This document shows, one piece after another, positions 49,674-58,088 of a DNA stretch of 64,000 nt. The DNA is taken from assembly GCA_965248695.1 (NCBI GenBank), contig CBDFKD010000002.1, forward strand, positions 4,832,001-4,896,000. The letters run 5' to 3'. Each line of letters starts with the position of its first letter. Position 1 is the first letter of the stretch. Made by a program: the position numbers and the translations under genes. The notes beneath the pieces were generated by a model that saw only the letters and a list, made by a program, of their open reading frames with translations, did no database searches and was not told where the DNA came from. This DNA comes from Acidobacteriota bacterium (lineage in GTDB: Bacteria; Acidobacteriota; UBA890; WLXD01).

Positions 49674-51149
49674 ATGAAGGCACCTGAGCAGTTCACCTCG
49701 CGGTTCGGCCTGCTGGTAGCCGCCATCGGCATGGCGGTCGGCACGGGCAATATCTGGCGCTTCCCCCGCGTCGCGGCGCTGAACGGCGGCGGCGAGTTCC
49801 TCATTCCATGGCTGTTGTTCCTGCTGCTGTGGTCGATCCCTCTGCTGATGGTCGAGTCGGCGATGGGTCGGCAGGCGCAGAAGGGGACGATCGGTGCGTT
49901 CGGCCGGCTGGTGGGACGCAACGCCACTTGGCTGGGCAGCTTCATCGGCTTCTGTTCGATGGCGATCATGTGCTACTACGCCGTGGTCGCCGGGTGGTGT
50001 TTCAAGTATCTGTACGGCGCGCTCACCGGCAGCGTGATGCGCCAGGGCGGTAGTGCGTACTGGGAGGCGTTTCAGGCATCGCCGGTCGAGGCGATCCTGT
50101 TCCAGCTCATCGCCATCGGCTGTGCCGGAGCCGTCGTGTACCGGGGTGTGGTGGCCGGCATCGAGCGCGCTTGCAAGGTGATGATCCCGCTGCTGTTCCT
50201 GCTCTTGCTCGGCGGCGCGGTCCGCGCGATGACGCTGCCCGGGGCGAGCGGTGGCCTGAACTTTCTGTTCAACCCCGACTTCAGCGCGCTGCTCGACTAC
50301 CGGATCTGGCTCGAAGGCCTGACGCAGTCGGCATGGTCGACCGGGGCGGGGTACGGCTTGCTGCTCACGTACTCCATTTACACCAGCCATCGCGACGACA
50401 TCGTGATGAACTCCCTGACCATCGGCTTCGGCAACAACGCCGCCTCGCTGCTGGCCGGAATCATGGTGATCTGTTCGGTGTTTGCACTGGCGCCCGCCGA
50501 CCCGAGCAATCCGCCCGCCGAGGAGCTGCTGCAGCTCGGAGGACCGGGCAACACGGCGTTGAGCTTCCTGTGGATCCCGGAGCTGTTTCAGCAGATGCCG
50601 TTCGGACAGGTCTCGCTGGCGCTTTTCTTCCTGGCGCTGGCGGTGGCGGCGGTGTCGTCGCTGGTGGCCATGATCGAGATGTCGTCGCGACTGTTCGTCG
50701 ATGCCGGTCTCAGCCGCAATCGAGCCGTGATCTTCGTCACCCTGGGTGGATTTCTGTTCGGTCTGCCGTCGGCACTGAGCACGGAGTTCCTGGTCAACCA
50801 GGACAACGTCTGGGGCATTGGCTTGATGGTGTCCGGCTTCCTGTTTGCCGTCGCGGTCAATCGGTATGGCGCGGCGCGTTTCCGGCGCGAGCTCATCAAG
50901 CCGGCACGGAACGACTTGCCGGTCGGCAGATGGTTCGATGTCCTGCTGCGCTGGGTAGTGCCGGCGCAGTTCCTGATCCTGATCTCCTGGTGGTTGTACC
51001 AGGCAGCGGTCAGCGAGCCGGAATGGTGGAATCCGATCTCCTCGTTCAGCCTCGGAACCTGCTTGTTGCAATGGGGGGTGGTGTTTGCGGTCTTCTGGCT
51101 GCTGAATGATCGCATCGCCGCCGCGACGTTGGATCCTGAAGAACCCTAG
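49674..51149 (+). CDS. Sodium-dependent transporter, NSS/SNF family
   Basis: FTSRFG, GMAVGTGNIWRFP, NGGGEFLIP; many TM segments. Confidence 0.94.
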   Translation: MKAPEQFTSRFGLLVAAIGMAVGTGNIWRFPRVAALNGGGEFLIPWLLFLLLWSIPLLMVESAMGRQAQKGTIGAFGRLVGRNATWLGSFIGFCSMAIMCYYAVVAGWCFKYLYGALTGSVMRQGGSAYWEAFQASPVEAILFQLIAIGCAGAVVYRGVVAGIERACKVMIPLLFLLLLGGAVRAMTLPGASGGLNFLFNPDFSALLDYRIWLEGLTQSAWSTGAGYGLLLTYSIYTSHRDDIVMNSLTIGFGNNAASLLAGIMVICSVFALAPADPSNPPAEELLQLGGPGNTALSFLWIPELFQQMPFGQVSLALFFLALAVAAVSSLVAMIEMSSRLFVDAGLSRNRAVIFVTLGGFLFGLPSALSTEFLVNQDNVWGIGLMVSGFLFAVAVNRYGAARFRRELIKPARNDLPVGRWFDVLLRWVVPAQFLILISWWLYQAAVSEPEWWNPISSFSLGTCLLQWGVVFAVFWLLNDRIAAATLDPEEP

Positions 51150-51161
51150 CCGCGGAGCTCG

Positions 51162-51275
51162 ATGATGGATGCAGGCGCGATCGTCATGATGCTGTTCGTT
51201 CTGGGCTTCATCTGGGGCGGGTTCGGGCTGCTGCTGTTGCGGTCGATGCGGATCGATCGGGACCGTGGTGACTAG
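51162..51275 (+). CDS. MetS-like small subunit of an NSS transporter (37 aa, absent from the ORF track)
   Basis: MMDAGAIVMMLFVLGFIWGGFGLLLLRSMRIDRDRGD*; single TM with AIxMM...WGG pattern; GGAG upstream; directly follows the NSS gene. Confidence 0.8.
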   Translation: MMDAGAIVMMLFVLGFIWGGFGLLLLRSMRIDRDRGD

Positions 51276-51822
51276 TGGCCTGTAGCAGATGAACGTTGCC
51301 TATCGTGGTGGCGAAATGGGCTCGGATGCCAGGCGCGACGACGAGACGATGTTGGCCCATCTTCGAGGAGGAGCAACGCCGCAGACGGGCCGATTTCACC
51401 GCCATCCTACGGACAGATCGGCAGTTGCGGGCGATATCGGCGTTGCACCTCGTCGACGATGCCCAGCAGGCCGTGGTGAGAGTGTGATGGGTCTGGCAAG
51501 TGGGACTTACGGGCGAGGGCAAGGATCGACGACGAGGCGATGCTGGCGTCATCGTGCAGGAGGAGAGACGCCGTCATCGCCCGTAACTCCCACTTGCCCG
51601 AAGGGTTATGCCGCCAAGGGTGCATCTCCAGCGTTGCCGCCCCTGGATGATGCGCACAGGCATCACCAGCGGCGCGGCGCCTTGGATCTGCGCCCTTGGC
51701 GGCACAACCAGACCCATCACACTCTCACCACGGCCTGCTCACATCGCCGTCCTCGCCGCGCCTTGATCTCACCCGCAAATCCCATCTGCGATAGGCAACG
51801 TTCATCTGTTACAGGCCACTAG
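51272..51822. mobile_element. 551-bp non-autonomous MITE-like element with 34-bp TIRs and nested internal inverted repeats
   Basis: 51272-51305 CTAGTGGCCTGTAGCAGATGAACGTTGCCTATCG vs reverse complement of 51789-51822: 33/34 identical; perfect 32-bp internal IR 51465-51496/51708-51739; no transposase-like ORF. Confidence 0.85.
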
Positions 51823-51833
51823 GGGCCTGTAGC
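51819..51833 (-). repeat. Additional TIR-like arm sharing the terminal CTAG of the element
   Basis: CTAGGGGCCTGTAGC, 14/15 to the left TIR start. Confidence 0.7.
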
Positions 51834-51850
51834 GTGGACTGAAGGTTTCC

Positions 51851-53152
51851 GTGAATCGCTGGAATCTCGAGCCCACGGCGAAGCTGCACGGCCGGATCGT
51901 GGTGCCCGGCGACAAGTCGATCGCCCACCGCGCCCTGATGCTGGCGGCGGTGGCGGCTGGTACGACCGAGATCGACGGGGTGCCGCGCGGTGAAGATGTA
52001 CGTTCGACGGCCGCGTGCTTGCGGCACCTCGGGATCGACGTCGACGATGCTCACCCCGACGGCGCGACGCGAGTCCGCGGAGCCGGGATCGACGGCCTCA
52101 GGGAGGCTTCGGCCGCGCTCCCGTGCGGCAACAGTGGCACCGCCATGCGGTTGCTCGCCGGGCTGGTTGCCGGCTGCTCGTTCCGTACGATCCTCGACGG
52201 CGACCGGTCGCTGCGCAGCCGACCCATGGAGCGTATCGCGGAGCCCTTGCGGGCGATGGGCGCGACCGTTACCACGCGCGATGGTGGTCGGCCACCGATC
52301 ACGGTCGCGGGAACTCAGCTGCGGGCGGTTACGTATCGGACGCCGGTGCCCTCAGCGCAAGTGAAATCGTGCGTCTTGCTTGCCGCCCTGCGCGCCGACG
52401 GTGACACCGTGGTGCACGAGGAGCGCCCGTCGCGGGATCACACCGAGCGCATGTTGGCATCGATGGGGGCGCAGATTGCCGGCGGGGCGGCGGACGGTGG
52501 CGTGACACTGCGGCCGCGGCCGCAGCTCCGGCCGCTGAGAGGCCGCGTACCAGGTGACGTTTCGTCGGCGGCGTACTGGGTTGCGGCGGCCGGCGTTGCC
52601 GATCGCGCCGAGCTGGAGCTGCCGGGTGTCGGCATCAACCCGACCCGTTCGGCGGTGCTCGACGTACTCCGCGATTGGGGTGCCGACATCGACATCGAGC
52701 CAGGGGCGGACTGGCACGGAGAACCGTGCGCGACGATTCGGGCGCGAGGCGGGGCGACGCTGCGAGGCGGAGCCATCGACGGCCGCTCAGTGACCGCTCT
52801 GATCGACGAGTTGCCGCTGCTGGCCCTCCTCGGACCGCTGACCCGCGAGGGCGTTGAGATCCGCGGCGCGGCGGAGCTAAGGGTCAAGGAGAGCGACCGC
52901 ATTGCGGCGGTGTGTGCGGCGCTACGTGCACTCGGCGTCGAGGTTGACGAGTTTCCTGACGGCCTGGCCGTGCGGGGCCGTCAGGGCCTGACCGGTGGCA
53001 GCGTCGACGCCTGTGGTGATCATCGCATCGCGCTCGCGACCGCGGCGGTATCCGGCGCGGCGAGCGGCCCCGTCCAGGTCGTTGGCGCCGACGCGGCAGC
53101 GGTGTCGTACCCGGGCTTCCGCGAGCAGCTCGAATCGGCGAGTCGGCGGTGA
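51851..53152 (+). CDS. aroA: EPSP synthase (class II)
   Basis: VPGDKSIAHRA, CGNSGTAMRL, RPMERI, SAQVKS, RDHTERML, ELRVKESDRI, DHRIA. Confidence 0.96.
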   Translation: MNRWNLEPTAKLHGRIVVPGDKSIAHRALMLAAVAAGTTEIDGVPRGEDVRSTAACLRHLGIDVDDAHPDGATRVRGAGIDGLREASAALPCGNSGTAMRLLAGLVAGCSFRTILDGDRSLRSRPMERIAEPLRAMGATVTTRDGGRPPITVAGTQLRAVTYRTPVPSAQVKSCVLLAALRADGDTVVHEERPSRDHTERMLASMGAQIAGGAADGGVTLRPRPQLRPLRGRVPGDVSSAAYWVAAAGVADRAELELPGVGINPTRSAVLDVLRDWGADIDIEPGADWHGEPCATIRARGGATLRGGAIDGRSVTALIDELPLLALLGPLTREGVEIRGAAELRVKESDRIAAVCAALRALGVEVDEFPDGLAVRGRQGLTGGSVDACGDHRIALATAAVSGAASGPVQVVGADAAAVSYPGFREQLESASRR

Positions 53153-53709
53153 CCCTCGACCCCACGGCTCACCTAGCGCCGCTGGATTGCGTCGCGGGCG
53201 ACAAGCTCCAGGTCCATCTGGTGGGCTTCATGGGATGCGGCAAGAGCACCGTGGGTTCGCTGCTCGCCCGACGGTTGCTGTGGAACTTCCTCGATCTCGA
53301 TGCGCTGATCGTGAGGCACGTCGGTCGGCCGATCGCGGAGATCTTCGCGCAGGACGGCGAAGACAGCTTCCGCCTGGCGGAGACTTTCGTCCTCCGCCAG
53401 GCGGTGCAGAAGCCTCGTACGGTGGTTGCCCTGGGTGGTGGGGCGTACGTGGCGGACGAGAACCGCGAGCTGTCGATTCGCAGCGCTGCGTCGGTATGGC
53501 TCCGGTGTGACTTCGGCGAGCTTCGACGCCGGGTCGATGCGGCCGGCGATCGGGCCCCGGGGGCACGGCCGCTGTGGGGCGATCCGGAGGAGGCCCGCGC
53601 GTTGCTCGCGCGCCGTGAGCCGGTCTACGCCGAGGCAGACTGGATCGTGGACTCAGACGTGCCGCCCGACGATGTGGCGGCCAACATCGAGGCGTTGCTA
53701 CGCGCCTGA
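53149..53709 (+). CDS. aroK: Shikimate kinase
   Basis: LVGFMGCGKSTVG, DLD, GEDSFR, ALGGG, RPL. Confidence 0.93.
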   Translation: MTLDPTAHLAPLDCVAGDKLQVHLVGFMGCGKSTVGSLLARRLLWNFLDLDALIVRHVGRPIAEIFAQDGEDSFRLAETFVLRQAVQKPRTVVALGGGAYVADENRELSIRSAASVWLRCDFGELRRRVDAAGDRAPGARPLWGDPEEARALLARREPVYAEADWIVDSDVPPDDVAANIEALLRA

Positions 53710-53710
53710 T

Positions 53711-55168
53711 TCAGTAGGACTTGGCGAACAGCGCCACGTGCTTTGCAGGCTCGCCGCTGTAGAAGCACGGGCCGCTGGGTTCCTCATCCAGCAACAAGCA
53801 GCGAATGGTCGCCGAGGTCTCGTCTTTGATGCGGGCTTCGAGCTCGGGGTCGCCGCACCAGTTGACTTTCAGGAATCCACGCCGGCCGGACATGATCTCG
53901 CGGAAGGCATCGTAGTCTTCGACGATGTGGGTGTTGTCGGCGGTGAACCTGCGAGCCGACTCCAACATCGAAGTCTGAACTTCGTCCAGCAACGTGGCGG
54001 CGGTCGAGGGCGCATGATCCACGGGTACGAAGCTCTTCTCTCTCGTGTCGCGACGAACCAGGACGGTTTGCCCCTTGGCGACATCGCGCGGCCCGACCTC
54101 GGCGCGGAGCGGCACCCCGCGCATCTCCCACTCGTTGTATTTCCAACCCGGCGTGTGCTCGTCGCGGTCGTCCAGATACACTCGCAGCCCGGCGGTGACC
54201 AGTAGATCGCGCAGCGCCGCGGCCGCCGGTAGCACCTCCTCTTCGTAGTTGCCTGCCCGGATCGGGACGATCACGACGTGGTAGGGAGCCACCCGTGGCG
54301 GCAGCTGCAGCCCGTTGTCGTCGCCGTGCGTCATGATGAGCGCGCCGATCGTTCGGGTGGTCATGCCCCATGAGGTACTCCAGGCGTATTGCAGCTCCTG
54401 GTTCTGATCCTCGAACCGGATGTCGAACGCCTTGGCGAAGCTCTGGCCCAGGTTGTGCGAGGTGCCGGCCTGCAGGGCGCGCCCGTCCGACATCAACGCC
54501 TCGACCGTGTACGTGCGATCGGCGCCGGCGAACTTCTCGCGGTCGGTCTTGATGCCCGGTATCGCAGGGATGGCGAGATCCTCCTCCAGGAAGGCGCGGT
54601 AGACGCCCAGCATCTTCAGCGTCTCCTCCTGGGCCTCCTCTTCGGTTGCGTGAGCAGTATGGCCTTCTTGCCAAAGGAACTCGGTCGTCCGCAGAAAGAA
54701 CCGTGTGACCTTCTCCCAACGCACCACGTTGGCCCATTGATTGATCAGCACCGGCAGATCACGCCAGGATTGCACCCACTTGCTGTACATACTGCAGATG
54801 ATTGCCTCAGAGGTGGGTCGGATTGCCAGGCGCTCTTCGAGCTCGTCGTCGCCTCCGTGAGTCACCCAGGCGACCTCGGGCGCGAAGCCCTCCACGTGCT
54901 CGGCCTCCTTCTTGAGGAGGCTCTCGGGGATGAGGAGGGGAAAGTAGGCGTTTTGGTGCCCTGTCGCCTTGATGCGCGCGTCGAGCAGATCGCGAGCGTT
55001 CTCCCACAGGGCGTAGCCGTAGGGGCGAATGACCATGCAACCCTTCACCGGGGTGTAGTCGGCGAGCTCGGCGCGACGTACGACGTCCGTGTACCAGCGG
55101 GAGAAGTCCTTGGACTTCGGCGTGATCTCGGTCACGAACGAGTCGTCAGCGGTTCGATCTTTGGCCAT
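53711..55168 (-). CDS. proS: Proline--tRNA ligase (archaeal/eukaryote-like type, no INS editing domain)
   Basis: WYTDVV, VKGCMVIRPYG, HVEGFAPE, RPTSE, QWANVVRWE, EFLWQEGH, QAGTSHNLG; ends FAKSY. Confidence 0.97.
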   Translation of the reverse strand: MAKDRTADDSFVTEITPKSKDFSRWYTDVVRRAELADYTPVKGCMVIRPYGYALWENARDLLDARIKATGHQNAYFPLLIPESLLKKEAEHVEGFAPEVAWVTHGGDDELEERLAIRPTSEAIICSMYSKWVQSWRDLPVLINQWANVVRWEKVTRFFLRTTEFLWQEGHTAHATEEEAQEETLKMLGVYRAFLEEDLAIPAIPGIKTDREKFAGADRTYTVEALMSDGRALQAGTSHNLGQSFAKAFDIRFEDQNQELQYAWSTSWGMTTRTIGALIMTHGDDNGLQLPPRVAPYHVVIVPIRAGNYEEEVLPAAAALRDLLVTAGLRVYLDDRDEHTPGWKYNEWEMRGVPLRAEVGPRDVAKGQTVLVRRDTREKSFVPVDHAPSTAATLLDEVQTSMLESARRFTADNTHIVEDYDAFREIMSGRRGFLKVNWCGDPELEARIKDETSATIRCLLLDEEPSGPCFYSGEPAKHVALFAKSY

Positions 55169-55432
55169 GCTTCGGAATGCCTGCGTGGGAGAGGGGGTCT
55201 GGGGCGGCGGAACGGCAAGCTAGCACGCACCTCCGAGGCGCGCAAACGTCGCCGAGGACGGCGAAAACGCCTGTCGTAAGGGGCTTTCACGGCCCTCGGG
55301 TGGACGGCATCGGCGCCGCCGGCGGGGGCCTGCCGCGGGGCCGGGAAATCGCCGTCCGTTGGCCGTCTCCTGGTAGCGGGCGCGGTGAGGTCACGGCGTC
55401 TGCGAAGCGAAACAGCAACTCGGGGGGAAAGC

Positions 55433-55801
55433 ATGATCTTCGGATTGGTTGGCTTGGCCGCGATCGCGATCGCGGCTCCGACTACGGCGCTGGGCATCGA
55501 CCTGCTGCCGCCGGCGCTCGACAGGTCGGCTGCCTGGCAACAGGCCGATACGCAGCACCTTGGTCGGCATCAAGAGGTGCCGGCGGAACCGGTTGACGTG
55601 AACCGCGCCGATGAGGAGCAGCTACAAACGGTTCCGGGAATCGGTCCTGCAACGGCGCGGCGGATCATCGACTGGCGTACCGAACACGGCTCGTTTGAGC
55701 GACTCGAGGACCTGCTCAATGTTCGCGGTATCGGCGTCACGACGTTGGAGAAGCTGCGTCCCTACGTGACGGTCGGCGCGAAGGACACGTCGCGGGCGTG
55801 A
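55433..55801 (+). CDS. comEA: ComEA-family helix-hairpin-helix DNA-binding protein
   Basis: Signal peptide; VDVNRADEEQLQTVPGIGPATARRII, LLNVRGIG..TLEKLRPYV. Confidence 0.9.
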   Translation: MIFGLVGLAAIAIAAPTTALGIDLLPPALDRSAAWQQADTQHLGRHQEVPAEPVDVNRADEEQLQTVPGIGPATARRIIDWRTEHGSFERLEDLLNVRGIGVTTLEKLRPYVTVGAKDTSRA

Positions 55802-56394
55802 GACCGGATCGCGCTCGTCGCAATGCCGGCAGCTCGATCATCGAGGCGGTGGTCGTGTTGGCGGTGTTCGGGATCGTCGTGCAGGCGGTGGCGCCAGCGT
55901 TCGTGCGCTGGCGCCAAGCGCGTCGCCTGGAAGCCGCGGCCGAGGAGTTGGTGCTCTTCGCGGCGGGGCTGCGGACGGCCGCGGCCGCCGCAGGAGCCTC
56001 CCGTGGCTTGGCGTTCGACGCCGACGGCGGCGCGGTCGAGTGGACGCCGGTCGCCGACGGCGATGGCGACGGTCTCCGCCGCGCCGATCTGCGGGCGGGG
56101 CGCGATGTCGTCATCGGCCCGTCGCGCGACGTGACCGCCAACTATCCCGGCGTGATCGCCGGTCTACCGCCGGGTGTGCGCACACCGAGCGGTGGAACGC
56201 CGCCCGCTGATGGTGTTGCCTTCGGACGCGGCGACCTGTTGTCGCTTTCCGCCGACGGCACCGCCACGTCCGGCAGCCTCTACCTGCACAACCGGTTCGG
56301 TGACGCGGTTGCCGTTCGAGTGTACGGTGGCACGGCGCGCTTTTCGATTTGGCGCCGCCGAGCCGAAGACCGGGTCTGGCGCCGGCGCTGGTAG
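55798..56394 (+). CDS. FimT/GspH-like minor pilin
   Basis: RRNAG|SSIIEAVVVLAVFGIV prepilin-like N-terminus with E5; GTATSGSLYL; GTGA overlap with comEA. Confidence 0.7.
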   Translation: MRPDRARRNAGSSIIEAVVVLAVFGIVVQAVAPAFVRWRQARRLEAAAEELVLFAAGLRTAAAAAGASRGLAFDADGGAVEWTPVADGDGDGLRRADLRAGRDVVIGPSRDVTANYPGVIAGLPPGVRTPSGGTPPADGVAFGRGDLLSLSADGTATSGSLYLHNRFGDAVAVRVYGGTARFSIWRRRAEDRVWRRRW

Positions 56395-56543
56395 CCGTTT
56401 CGCGCCGCCGGGGGCGCCCCAGCCTGGCGTTGCCAGTCCGGTGCCCAGAGGCCGACCAGCGGCCCGCAGCTATGGTAGCGTCATTCGTTGCGTTATCGCC
56501 GGGCGCCGTAGAGACCCACTCTCCGGGTCGTAGAGGACGTGCA

Positions 56544-57638
56544 TTGTCGGAGCCGTTGAGAACACCGTTACACGCCTGGCACGTCCGGCGCGGTGGGCGA
56601 ATGGTCGACTTCGCCGGCTGGCACATGCCGGTGCAGTTCAGTGGGCTGGTGGAGGAGCATATTGCCGTCCGGGAGCGCGCCGGCCTGTTCGATGTCAGCC
56701 ACATGGGCGAGATTCGACTCCGCGGCCGCGATGCGCTCGACAACGTGCAGAGATTGACCACCAACGACGCCGCTGCACTCCAGATCGGTCAGGCGCACTA
56801 CACCGCAATGACGCGCGAATCAGGCGGCATGGTGGACGACCTGCTGGTGTACCGAATGGCCGAGGACGACTACTTCCTGGTCGTCAATGCGGGCACCAAG
56901 GACAAGGACTATGCCTGGATCGAAGGCCATCTGGAAGGCGAGGTCGAGGCGGTCGATGAAAGCTCGCAATGGGCCCAGCTGGCGCTGCAAGGGCCACGAA
57001 GCGAGGCCATATTGGCGCGAGTCGTCGACGCGGACCTCCCGTCGATTCGCTATTACCGGTTCGCGATGGCGGAGGTTGGTGGCAACGCAGCGATCGTCTC
57101 GCGCACCGGCTATACGGGAGAGGATGGATTCGAGATCTATGTCGCACCGCAGAGGGCGGAAACACTGGCCGACGACCTGATGCAGGCCGGCGCGGAGGAC
57201 GGCATCGTGCCGGTTGGGCTCGGTGCCCGCGACACGCTGCGTCTCGAGGCGGGCATGCTGCTGTACGGCAGCGATATGGACGATTCGCGGACACCGGTGG
57301 AAGCCGGTATCGGCTGGGTGGTGAAGCCGGACAAGGGTGATTTCGTCGGCCGCCGGGTGCTGGTCGAACAACTCGCTGCGGGCACCGTCGAACGCGTCGT
57401 CGGCCTGGAGATCCCTGCCCGAGGGATCCCGCGGCACGGCTACCCGGTGCTCAACGCCGCCGGCGATTCGATCGGCGTCGTGACCTCGGGCACTTTCAGC
57501 CCGACACTGCGGAAGGGGATCGGCTTCGCCAGCGTCACGTCGGAGCATGCCAGCATCGGTGCCGAGGTGGCGGTCGAGATTCGTGGTCGGGCGACCCCGG
57601 CCACCGTGGTGAAGATCCCTTTTTACCGAAGACAGTAG
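56544..57638 (+). CDS. gcvT: Glycine cleavage system aminomethyltransferase T
   Basis: LRTPLH, FAGWHMPVQF, FDVSHMGE, LQGP, RTGYTGEDGFE, GLGARDTLRLEAG; TTG 56544 with GAGGA. Confidence 0.97.
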   Translation: MSEPLRTPLHAWHVRRGGRMVDFAGWHMPVQFSGLVEEHIAVRERAGLFDVSHMGEIRLRGRDALDNVQRLTTNDAAALQIGQAHYTAMTRESGGMVDDLLVYRMAEDDYFLVVNAGTKDKDYAWIEGHLEGEVEAVDESSQWAQLALQGPRSEAILARVVDADLPSIRYYRFAMAEVGGNAAIVSRTGYTGEDGFEIYVAPQRAETLADDLMQAGAEDGIVPVGLGARDTLRLEAGMLLYGSDMDDSRTPVEAGIGWVVKPDKGDFVGRRVLVEQLAAGTVERVVGLEIPARGIPRHGYPVLNAAGDSIGVVTSGTFSPTLRKGIGFASVTSEHASIGAEVAVEIRGRATPATVVKIPFYRRQ

Positions 57639-57703
57639 ACCCGTTTCCGCCAGCGGGAAGCGAGCTCGGTCCCGCTGGCTAAACTGGCTGAAAGGATACG
57701 CCC

Positions 57704-58087
57704 ATGGCCGATTATCCGGACACGCACAGGTACAGCACGGATCACGAGTGGATCTCTATCGACGGTGATGTCGGCACCGTCGGGATTACCCACCACGCCC
57801 AGGACGAGCTTGGTGACGTTGTGTTCGTCGAGCTGCCAGAACCGGGCGCGACGTTTGCTCAGGGTGCAGTGTTCGGCATCATCGAATCGGTAAAGGCGGT
57901 ATCCGATCTGTACGCGCCGACAGCCGGTGAGGTGGTCGAGATCAACGAAGTCCTTGTCGACGCCCCCGAGGCCGTCAACGACGATCCGCACGGGGCCGGT
58001 TGGATGATACGGATCCGGCTCGACGATCCATCGTCGGTCGAGTCGCTTATGAGTAGCGCCGACTACCAGCAGCATATCGAGGCGTAG
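57704..58087 (+). CDS. gcvH: Glycine cleavage system H protein
   Basis: YSTDHEW, GITHHAQDELGDVV, IESVKAVSD lipoyl-lysine. Confidence 0.97.
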   Translation: MADYPDTHRYSTDHEWISIDGDVGTVGITHHAQDELGDVVFVELPEPGATFAQGAVFGIIESVKAVSDLYAPTAGEVVEINEVLVDAPEAVNDDPHGAGWMIRIRLDDPSSVESLMSSADYQQHIEA

Positions 58088-58088
58088 C

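Noticed and set aside
51289-51822. 177-aa ORF (and smaller antisense ORFs) inside the element as a transposase
   Set aside because: No DDE or HTH features; the peptide THHTLTTAC appears on both strands, showing these ORFs are by-products of the inverted repeats.
56490-56540. Glycine riboswitch upstream of gcvT
   Set aside because: CGCCGTAGAG...ACTCTCCGG...GAGGAC is reminiscent, but the 5' GGAGA and CCGAAG elements are absent; better explained as a short hairpin plus RBS.
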